Assembly (NCBI GenBank): GCA_040954595.2
Contig: CM082586.2
Location: 10,571,337-10,635,336 of the forward strand
Source: Balanoglossus misakiensis
Lineage: Eukaryota; Animalia; Hemichordata
Direction: 5' to 3'
Length of the DNA stretch: 64,000 nt
Shown: positions 27,121-36,597 of the stretch, piece by piece
How positions within the stretch are numbered: the stretch's first letter is position 1
Layout: every line of letters begins with the position of its first letter
Position numbers and translations under genes: made by a program
Notes under the pieces: model-generated
What the model was told of the DNA's origin: nothing
The model's database searches: none
Seen by the model: the letters and a program-made list of their open reading frames with translations, nothing else

Positions 27121-30100
27121 GCGCATCACAACAGAATTTTGTAAATGAACGAGGCTGTGTTTGGAAACAACCATGGAAATTTTACAACTATCCGTCGATC
27201 TACGGAGTCTGGTGGAAAACTTTCTTATGCGCATAGGCCTATTACGTGCTCTGCGCCTCACAACAGAATTCGGTAAATAAACGAGGCTGTTTGGAAGCAA
27301 CCATGGACATTTTAGAACTATCCGTCGATCTACAGAGTCTAGTGGAAAAATGTCTTATGCGCATAGGCCTGTCATGTGTTCTGCGCCTCACAACAGAAAT
27401 CGGTAAATAAACGAGGCTGTTTGGAAGCAACCATGGAAATTGTACAACTATCCGTCGATCTACAGAGTCTAGTGGAAAACGTTCTTATGCGCATAGGCCT
27501 ATCTATGTGTTATGCGCATCACAACAGAAATCGGTAAATAAACGAGGCTGTATTTTGAAGCAACCATGAAATTTACCAACTATCCGTCGATCTACAGAGT
27601 CTGGTGGAAAACTTCCTTATGCGCATAGACCTATTACGTGTTCTGCGCCTCACAACAGAATTCCGTAAATAAACGATGCTGTTTGGAAGCAACCATGGAA
27701 ATTGTACAACTATCCGTCGATCTACAGAGTCTAGTGGAAAACGTTCTTATGCGCATAGGCCTATCTATGTGTTATGCGCATCTCAACAGAAATCGGTAAA
27801 TAAACGAGGCTGTGTTTGGAAGCAACCATGGACATTTTAGAACTATCTACAGAGTCTATAGTGGAAAACTTTCTTATGCACATATGCCTATCTATGTGTT
27901 CTGCGCCTCACAACAGAAATCGGTAAATAAACGAGGCTGTTTAAAAGCAACCATGGAAATTTTACAGCTATCCGTCGATCTACAGAGTCTAGTGGAAACG
28001 TTCTTATGCGCATAGGCCTATATATGTGTTCTGCGCATCACAACAGAATTTTGTAAACAAACGAGGCTGTGTTTGGAAGCAACCATGGACATTTTAGAAC
28101 TATCTCTCGATCTACAGAGTCTATAGTGGAAAACTTTCTTATGCACATATGCCTATCTATGTGTTCTGTGCCTCACAACAGAATTCGGTAAATAAACGAG
28201 GCTGTTTGGAAGCAACCATGGAAATTTTACAACTATCCGTCGATCTACAGAGTCTAGTGGAAAACGTTATTATGCGCATAGGCCTATATATGTGTTCTGC
28301 GCATCACAACAGAATTTTGTAAACAAACGAGGCTGTGTTTGGAAGCAACCATGGAAATTTTAGAACTATCTCTCGATCTACAGAGTCTAGTGGAAAACTT
28401 TATTATGCACATATGCCTATCTATGTGTTCTGCGCATCACAACAGAAATCGGTAAATAAACGAGGCTGTTTGGAAGCAACCATGGAAATTTTACAACTAT
28501 CCGTCGATCTACAGAGTCTGGTGGAAAACTTTCTTATGCGCATAGGCATATGTATGTGTTCTACGCATCACAACAGAATTCGGTAAATAAACGAGGCTGT
28601 TTGGAAACAACCATGGAAATTTTTGAACTATCCGTTGATCTAAAGTTGAAAAGTTTTTTATGCGCATAGGCCTATCTATGTGTTCTGCGCCTCACAACAG
28701 AAATCGGTAAATAAACGAGGCTGTTTGGAAGCAACCATGGAAATTTTACAACTATCTCTCGATCTACAGAGTCTATAGTGGAAAACTTTCTTATTCACAT
28801 ATGCCTATCTATGTGTTCTGCGCCTCAAAACAGAATTCCGCAAATAAACGAGGCTGTTTGGAAGCAAACATGGAAGTTTTAGAACTATCTCTCGATCTAC
28901 AGTGTATAGTGGAAAACGTTCATATGCGCATAGGCCTATCTATGTGTTCTGCGCATCACAACAGAATTTTGTAAACAATCGAGGATGTGTTTGGAAGCAA
29001 TCATGGAAATTTTAGAACTATCCGTCGATCTACAGAGTCTAGTGGAAACTTTCTTATGCGCATAGGCATATGTATGTGTTCAGCGCATCACAACAGAATT
29101 TTGTAAATGAACGAGGCTGTGTTTGGAAACAACCATGGAAATTTTACAACTATCCGTCGATCTACGGAGTCTGGTGGAAAACTTTCTTATGCGCATAGGC
29201 CTATTACGTGCTCTGCGCCTCACAACAGAATTCGGTAAATAAACGAGGCTGTTTGGAAGCAACCATGGAAATTTTAGAACTATCCGTCGATCTACAGAGT
29301 CTAGTGGAAAAATGTCTTATGCGCATAGGCCTATCATGTGTTCTGCGCCTCACAACAGAAATCGGTAAATAAACGAGGCTGTTTGGAAGCAACCATGGAA
29401 ATTGTACAACTATCCGTCGATCTACAGAGTCTAGTGGAAAACGTTCTTATGCGCATAGGCCTATCTATGTGTTATGCGCATCACAACAGAAATCGGTAAA
29501 TAAACGAGGCTGTATTTGGAAGCAACCATGAAATTTTACAACTATCCGTCGATCTACAGAGTCTGGTGGAAAACTTCCTTATGCGCATAGACCTATTACG
29601 TGTTCTGCGCCTCACAACAGAATTCGGTAAATAAACGATGCTGTTTGGAAGCAACCATGGAAATTGTACAACTATCCGTCGATCTACAGAGTCTAGTGGA
29701 AAACGTTCTTATGCGCATAGGCCTATCTATGTGTTATGCGCATCACAACAGAAATCGGTAAATAAACGAGGCTGTGTTTGGAAGCAACCATGGACATTTT
29801 AGAACTATCTCTCGATCTACAGAGTCTGTAGTGGAAAACTTTCTTATGCACATATGCCTATCTATGTGTTCTGCGCCTCACAACAGAATTCGGTAAATAA
29901 ACGAGGCTGTTTGGAAGCAACCATGGAAATTTTACAGCTATCCGTCGATCTACAGAGTCTAGTGGAAACGTTCTTATGCGCATAGGCCTATATATGTGTT
30001 CTGCGCATCACAACAGAATTTTGTAAACAAACGAGGCTGTGTTTGGAAGCAACCATGGACATTTTAGAACTATCTCTCGATCTACAGAGTCTATAGTGGA

Positions 30101-33100
30101 AAACTTTATTATGCACATATGCCTATCTATGTGTTCTGCGCCTCACAACAGAATTCGGTAAATAAACGAGGCTGTTTGGAAGCAACCATGGAAATTTTAC
30201 AACTATCCGTCGATCTACAGAGTCTAGTGGAAAACGTTATTATGCGCATAGGCCTATATATGTGTTCTGCGCATCACAACAGAATTTTGTAAACAAACGA
30301 GGCTGTGTTTGGAAGCAACCATGGAAATTTTAGAACTATCTCTCGATCTACAGAGTCTAGTGGAAAACTTTATTATGCACATATGCCTATCTATGTGTTC
30401 TGCGCATCACAACAGAAATCGGTAAATAAACGAGGCTGTTTGGAAGCAACCATGGAAATTTTACAACTATCCGTCGATCTACAGAGTCTGGTGGAAAACT
30501 TTCTTATGCGCATAGGCCTATTACGTGCTCTGCGCCTCACAACAGAATTCGGTAAATAAACGAGGCTGTTTGGAAGCAACCATGGACATTGTACAACTAT
30601 CCGTCGATCTACAAAGTCTAGTGGAAACGTTCTTATGCGCATAGGCCTATCAATGTGTTATGCGCATCACAACAGAAATCGGTAAATAAACGAGGCTGTA
30701 TTTGGAAGCAACCATGAAATTTTACAACTATCCGTCGATCTACAGAGTCTAGTGGAAAAATGTCTCATGCGCATAGGCCTATCATGTGTTCTGCGCCTCA
30801 CAACAGAAATCGGTAAATAAACGAGGCTGTTTGGAAGCAACCATGGAAATTTTACAGCTATCCGTCGATCTACAGAGTCTAGTGGAAAACGTTCTTATGC
30901 GCATAGGCCTATCTATGTGTTATGCGCATCACAACAGAAATCGGTAAATAAACGAGGCTGTGTTTGGAAGCAACCATGGACATTTTAGAACTATCTCTCG
31001 ATCTACAGAGTCTGTAGTGGAAAACTTTCTTATGCACATATGCCTATCTATGTGTTCTGCGCCTCACAACAGAATTCGGTAAATAAACGAGGCTGTTTGG
31101 AAGCAACCATGGAAATTTTACAGCTATCCGTCGATCTACAGAGTCTAGTGGAAAACGTTATTATGCGCATAGGCCTATATATGTGTTCTGCGCATCACAA
31201 CAGAATTTTGTAAACAAACGAGGCTGTGTTTGGAAGCAACCATGGACATTTTAGAACTATCTCTCGATCTACAGAGTCTATAGTGGAAAACTTTCTTATG
31301 CACATATGCCTATTTATGTGTTCTGCGCCTCACAACAGAATTCGGTAAATAAACGAGGCTGTTTGGAAGCAACCATGGAAATTTTACAACTATCCGTCGA
31401 TCTACAGAGTCTAGTGGAAAACGTTATTATGCGCATAGGCCTATATATGTGTTCTGCGCATCACAACAGAATTTTGTAAACAAACGAGGCTGTGTTTGGA
31501 AGCAACCATGGAAATTTTAGAACTATCTCTCGATCTACAGAGTCTAGTGGAAAACTTTATTATGCACATATGCCTATCTATGTGTTCTGCGCATCACAAC
31601 AGAAATCGGTAAATAAACGAGGCTGTTTGGAAGCAACCATGGAAATTTTACAACTATCCGTCGATCTACAGAGTCTGGTGGAAAACTTTCTTATGCGCAT
31701 AGGCCTATTACGTGCTCTGCGCCTCACAACAGAATTCGGTAAATAAACGAGGCTGTTTGGAAGCAACCATGGAAATTTTAGAACTATCCGTCGATCTACA
31801 GAGTCTAGTGGAAAAATGTCTTATGCGCATAGGCCTATCATGTGTTCTGCGCCTCACAACAGAAATCGGTAAATAAACGAGGCTGTTTGGAAGCAACCAT
31901 GGAAATTGTACAACTATCCGTCGATCTAAAGAGTCTAGTGGAAAACGTTCTTATGCGCATAGGCCTATCTATGTGTTATGCGCATCACAACAGAAATCGG
32001 TAAATAAACGAGGCTGTATTTGGAAGCAACCATGAAATTTTACAACTATCCGTCGATCTACAGAGTCTGGTGGAAAACTTCCTTATGCGCATAGACCTAT
32101 TACGTGTTCTGCGCCTCACAACAGAATTCGGTAAATAAACGAGGCTGTTTGGAAGCAACCATGGACATTGTAGAACTATCCGTCGATCTACAAAATCTAG
32201 TGGAAACGTTCTTATGCGCATAGGCCTATCAATGTGTTATGCGCATCACAACAGAAATCGGTAAATAAACGAGGCTGTATTTGGAAGCAACCATGAAATT
32301 TTACAACTATCCGTCGATCTACAGAGTCTAGTGGAAAAATGTCTCATGCGCATAGGCCTATCATGTGTTCTGCGCCTCACAACAGAAATCGGTAAATAAA
32401 CGAGGCTGTTTGGAAGCAACCATGGAAATTTTACAGCTATCCGTCGATCTACAGAGTCTAGTGGAAAAATGTCTCATGCGCATAGGCCTATCATGTGTTC
32501 TGCGCCTCACAACAGAAATCGGTAAATAAACGAGGCTGTTTGGAAGCAACCATGGAAATTTTACAGCTATCCGTCGATCTACAGAGTCTAGTGGAAACGT
32601 TCTTATGCGCATAGGCCTATATATGTGTTCTGCGCATCACAACAGAATTTTGTAAACAAACGAGGCTGTGTTTGGTAGCAACCATGGACATTTTAGAACT
32701 ATCTCTCGATCTACAGAGTCTATAGTGGAAAACTTTCTTATGCACATATGCCTATCTATGTGTTCTGCGCCTCACAACAGAATTCGGTAAATAAACGAGG
32801 CTGTTTGGAAGCAACCATGGAAATTTTACAACTATCCGTCGATCTACAGAGTCTAGTGGAAAACGTTATTATGCGCATAGGCCTATATATGTGTTCTGCG
32901 CATCACAACAGAATTTTGTAAACAAACGAGGCTGTGTTTGGAAGCAACCATGGAAATTTTAGAACTATCTCTCGATCTACAGAGTCTAGTGGAAAACTTA
33001 ATTATGCACATATGCCTATCTATGTGTTCTGCGCATCACAACAGAAATCGGTAAATAAACGAGGCTGTTTGGAAGCAACCATGGAAATTTTACAACTATC

Positions 33101-34026
33101 CGTCGATCTACAGAGTCTGGTGGAAAACTTTCTTATGGGCATAGGCCTATTACGTGCTCTGCGCCTCACAACAGAATTCGGTAAATAAACGAGGCTGTTT
33201 GGAAGCAACCATGGACATTGTACAACTATCCGTCGATCTACAAAGTCTAGTGGAAACGTTCTTATGCGCATAGGCCTATCAATGTGTTATGCGCATCACA
33301 ACAGAAATCGGTAAATAAACGAGGCTGTATTTGGAAGCAACCATGAAATTTTACAACTATCCGTCGATCTACAGAGTCTAGTGGAAAAATGTCTCATGCG
33401 CATAGGCCTATCATGTGTTCTGCGCCTCACAACAGAAATCGGTAAATAAACGAGGCTGTTTGGAAGCAACCATGGAAATTTTACAGCTATCCGTCGATCT
33501 ACAGAGTCTAGTGGAAAACGTTCTTATGCGCATAGGCCTATCTATGTGTTATGCGCATCACAACAGAAATCGGTAAATAAACGAGGCTGTGTTTGGAAGC
33601 AACCATGGACATTTTAGAACTATCTCTCGATCTACAGAGTCTGTAGTGGAAAACTTTCTTATGCACATATGCCTATCTATGTGTTCTGCGCCTCACAACA
33701 GAATTCGGTAAATAAACGAGGCTGTTTGGAAGCAACCATGGAAATTTTTACAGCTATCCGTCGATCTACAGAGTCTAGTGGAAAACGTTATTATGCGCAT
33801 AGGCCTATATATGTGTTCTGCGCATCACAACAGAATTTTGTAAACAAACGAGGCTGTGTTTGGAAGCAACCATGGACATTTTAGAACTATCTCTCGATCT
33901 ACAGAGTCTATAGTGGAAAACTTTCTTATGCACATATGCCTATCTATGTGTTCTGCGCCTCACAACAGAATTCGGTAAATAAACGAGGCTGTTTGGAAGC
34001 AACCATGGAAATTTTACAACTATCCG

Positions 34027-34038
34027 TCGATCTACAGA
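34027..34038 (+). repeat. Target-site duplication, left copy (TCGATCTACAGA)
   Basis: Identical 12-mer at 36586-36597. Removing the element plus one copy restores an intact monomer. Confidence 0.92.
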
Positions 34039-36131
34039 CATTCTACTCCGACATTCAAGAATTCAAACGAAAATGCAGATTACGCTATAAATACAGAAAC
34101 AGACATGACGACCAAAATGCTATACAACCGATCAAGTGTGGTCCATTTAATCGGGAGAAATCTGGCTTTAACCCACCTCCGAATGAAAGTACCACCCTAG
34201 AAGCTTTCCTCACTGCCGTCGAAGAAGAAGTCCTAAATGATAAGATTCGCAAGAAAACTTATGATAATATCAGCAAAGAAGAAAGAGCTGCTCTCCGAAA
34301 ACTTGTCGACAGGGCGGACCTCACAATTAAACCGGCCGACAAAGGTGGGGGTATTGTAGTCATGGACACAGCAAGCTACATTGATACATGTCAGAACATA
34401 CTACAAGACCGTTTATTCTACAGAGAACTAGACCATGACCCCACAAACCAATACCAAAATGAACTTGAGAAGAAGGTAAAGAAATGGATGAACAAGAAAT
34501 GGATCCCACAGGACATCGCCAAAAAACTCATACAAAAAGAACCCAAACCAGGCAACTTCTATGGTCTGCCGAAAATTCACAAACAAAATTCACCACTTCG
34601 CCCCATAGTACCACAGCACCAAGCTGTCACCACCCCACTTGCACAATATGTCGATCACATCCTTCAACCCATCGTCAAAAAGCTTCCATCATACCTCAAG
34701 GACACCACTCACCACCTGCAGGACATAGAAAATAGCACAGTACCGGACAATAGCATCCTCGTCACCATGGACGTCGTTTCTCTGTACACCAATATACCCC
34801 ACGACTACGGCATCCAAGCAGTACAGGAAGCTTTGGAGGAACACAACATCACCACACCTAACCCTACGCTCATCACAGAAATGCTCGAATTCATTCTCAC
34901 CAAAAACTACTTCCAATTCAACGAGAGATTCTATCTGCAAGTTCACGGCACAGCCATGGGCAGTAAGGTCGCGCCTTCCTATGCGAACATCGCTATGGGC
35001 AAACTAGAAAAATACATCCTTGCCAACTGTCCTCTACAACCATAAAATTGGAAAAGATTCATTGATGACATCCGCTATATTTGGACTCATGGGCCCGACC
35101 AACTTGTTAAATACCATGAATACTGCAACTCCATCCACCCATCCCTGAAATTCACCATAGAACACAGCCCACTTGAAGTTCCATTTCTGGACACCAATAT
35201 GATGATCAAGGATAACACTATTCATACGACCATCTACAGCAAACCTACTGACAAGCACACGTATCTACTTCCATCATCCTGCCATCCACGCCATATCTTT
35301 AAAGCGATCCCCAAGGGACAGGCCCTGCGATATAGACGCATCTGCTCTACAACAGATCTCTACAATGAAGAAACCAAGAAACTTCAGGACCACTTCATCC
35401 AACGCAACTACAAAAAATCAGCGATCTCTAATGCCATCAATCAAGTAAGAAGCATCCCACGTGACCGACTCATCAACTACCAAGACAAAAACACCAACTC
35501 ATCCGAACGTATACCATTTGTCATCACACACCACCCGGCCCTTCCCAGCATATCGACAATAATTAGAAAGCACTGGCACATACTTGCATCTAATCTGTCT
35601 ACAAGGGAGACATTCACCGCGCCCCCTTTTGTCGCTTATAGACAACCACCCAACCTAAGGAAGATGATAGTCAGAGCCGGCCTTAAGACAAGAACTAAAG
35701 ACGCTGACCCAGGACTCTGTAAACCCTGTAACAACTGTAGAACATGCAAATTTATGATCCAGACCAATGAACACAAATTAATCAACAAGGTGAATAACAA
35801 ATCGCATCATATCATCGGCCAACTGACATGTAATACTCGCAACATCATTTATGCCATCGTCTGTATCAAATGCGACAAATTGTACATCGGGGAAACAAAA
35901 CGGGAACTCCGTATCAGAATCAACGAACACCTTTACAGTATCCGTACACACAAAGACACTCTAGTCGCTCATCACTTCCATGAACCTGATCACAACATTG
36001 ACCATTTCCAATTCACTGGTCTGTGCAAAGTATATTCGAGACACGACAAAATAAGAAAGCAACTGGAACTCAAAATTATTAATGCACTCGGTACCCTTTC
36101 ACCCACTGGTATCAACAAAAAGGACTGGTAG
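34038..36131 (+). pseudogene. PLE reverse transcriptase + GIY-YIG endonuclease ORF, N-terminally truncated, with one premature TAA (35043-35045)
   Basis: Track ORFs 33936-35045 and 35199-36131 are in the same frame (offset 1263 = 421 codons), and the gap translates cleanly as P*NWKRFIDDIRYIWTHG...LKFTIE...PFLD. RT motifs: IKPADKG (DKG 34338-34346), FYGLPKIHK..PLRPIV, MDVVSLYTNIP (34767), QVHGTAMGS (34938), FIDD (35058-35069), thumb YSKPTDKH.YL..SSCHP. Linker: CKPCNNCRTC (35718-35747). EN motifs: NIIY (35841), CIKC, YIGET (35883), RINEH, HHF. Confidence 0.93.
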
Positions 36132-36274
36132 AACTTTTTTCTTTCATTCATATTCATATTTTTCCCACCACCTATAGTCTTTGTTTACTGCTAGGCAGTC
36201 CGTTTGATTTTTCCTCCCACACTAGGGAGTCCTCTTTGTCTTTATTCAGACCACATTCAGACCATCACCGCTGA

Positions 36275-36490
36275 GTAAGTTTCTTTTGTCTTGTCTCTCT
36301 ACATTTATTTTTATCATTCCGTTTTACAAGTTGTCATTTTACTCAAGTCTAATTTTTTGTCCGCATGTCCAACTGCAGTTCCGACTGTTTTTAATTTTGT
36401 CTTCGTTTCAGACTTTATTTTTACAATACTCAATGAGATTTTGACCATACAGCTCATTTTTATTTTCCACCTACATTTTGCTATTTTTAG
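36275..36490 (+). other. Candidate spliceosomal intron (216 bp) in the PLE pseudo-LTR
   Basis: Donor GTAAGT at 36275, T-rich body, branch-like CTCAT at 36453-36457, an AG-free pyrimidine tract, and acceptor TTTTTAG ending at 36490. PLEs are known to retain introns. Confidence 0.6.
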
Positions 36491-36492
36491 AT

Positions 36493-36530
36493 CCCTGAAG
36501 AAGATCCTCAGTGAAGGATCGAAACGTTGG
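36493..36530 (+). ncRNA. Minimal type-I hammerhead ribozyme motif of the PLE pseudo-LTR
   Basis: Reads CC-CUGAAGA-A-[GAUCCU CAGUGA AGGAUC]-GAAACGUU-GG. It has the conserved CUGANGA (36495-36501) and GAAA (36521-36524) boxes and a perfect 6-bp helix II (36503-36508/36515-36520). Helix III is reduced to the palindrome AACGUU, and only about 2 bp of helix I (CC/GG) is evident. This matches the minimal hammerheads known from PLEs. Confidence 0.85.
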
Positions 36531-36547
36531 TAGAACAAGTTTTTAAC

Positions 36548-36553
36548 AATAAA
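36548..36553 (+). terminator. Polyadenylation-signal-like AATAAA near the PLE 3' end
   Basis: AATAAA lies 18 bp after the hammerhead motif and 32 bp before the element end. No poly(A) tail was inserted. Confidence 0.5.
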
Positions 36554-36585
36554 ACTTTTTATGAAACCCGACGCTTGTCTCCTCA

Positions 36586-36597
36586 TCGATCTACAGA
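36586..36597 (+). repeat. Target-site duplication, right copy (TCGATCTACAGA)
   Basis: Identical to 34027-34038. Confidence 0.92.

Larger units (their letters stand above)
1..34038. repeat. Tandem satellite array, ~131-bp monomer (left arm)
   Basis: Monomer starts (CACAACAGAA) at 1, 136, 267, 400 and 530 give lengths of 135, 131, 133 and 130 bp. Consensus is approximately CACAACAGAATTCGGTAAATAAACGAGGCTGTTTGGAAGCAACCATGGAAATTTTACAACTATCCGTCGATCTACAGAGTCTAGTGGAAAACGTTCTTATGCGCATAGGCCTATCTATGTGTTCTGCGCCT. Same orientation throughout; runs off the left edge. Confidence 0.99.
34039..36585 (+). mobile_element. Penelope-like retroelement (EN+, Neptune-like), 5'-truncated, 2547 bp
   Basis: Only non-satellite segment in the window. 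It has a PLE-type RT followed by a GIY-YIG endonuclease in one frame, a T-rich 3' region with a hammerhead motif and AATAAA, and a 12-bp direct duplication of the target. The Neptune-like call rests on the CxxCxxCxxC linker between RT and EN and was not tested by phylogeny. Confidence 0.95.

Noticed and set aside
1-34038. Satellite monomer as a hammerhead-bearing satellite/retrozyme or a tRNA/5S-derived repeat
   Set aside because: I found no CUGANGA box on either strand of the monomer and no convincing A/B boxes or cloverleaf.
34039-34200. 5' pseudo-LTR, inverted 5' segment, LTRs or poly(A) tail on the element
   Set aside because: The left junction enters coding sequence directly with no copy of the 3' region, and the right junction has no A-tail.
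35043-35045. Selenocysteine recoding or an alternative genetic code at the internal stop
   Set aside because: The codon is TAA, not TGA. Selenoprotein PLEs (Naiad) have an N-terminal EN, unlike this element. A single TAA in ~700 codons with a TAG terminator does not suggest codon reassignment.
34038-36131. Telomerase, group II intron, retron or LINE reverse transcriptase
   Set aside because: The DKG motif, RT signatures, C-terminal GIY-YIG domain and hammerhead together fit a PLE. No APE/RLE endonuclease or maturase domain is seen.
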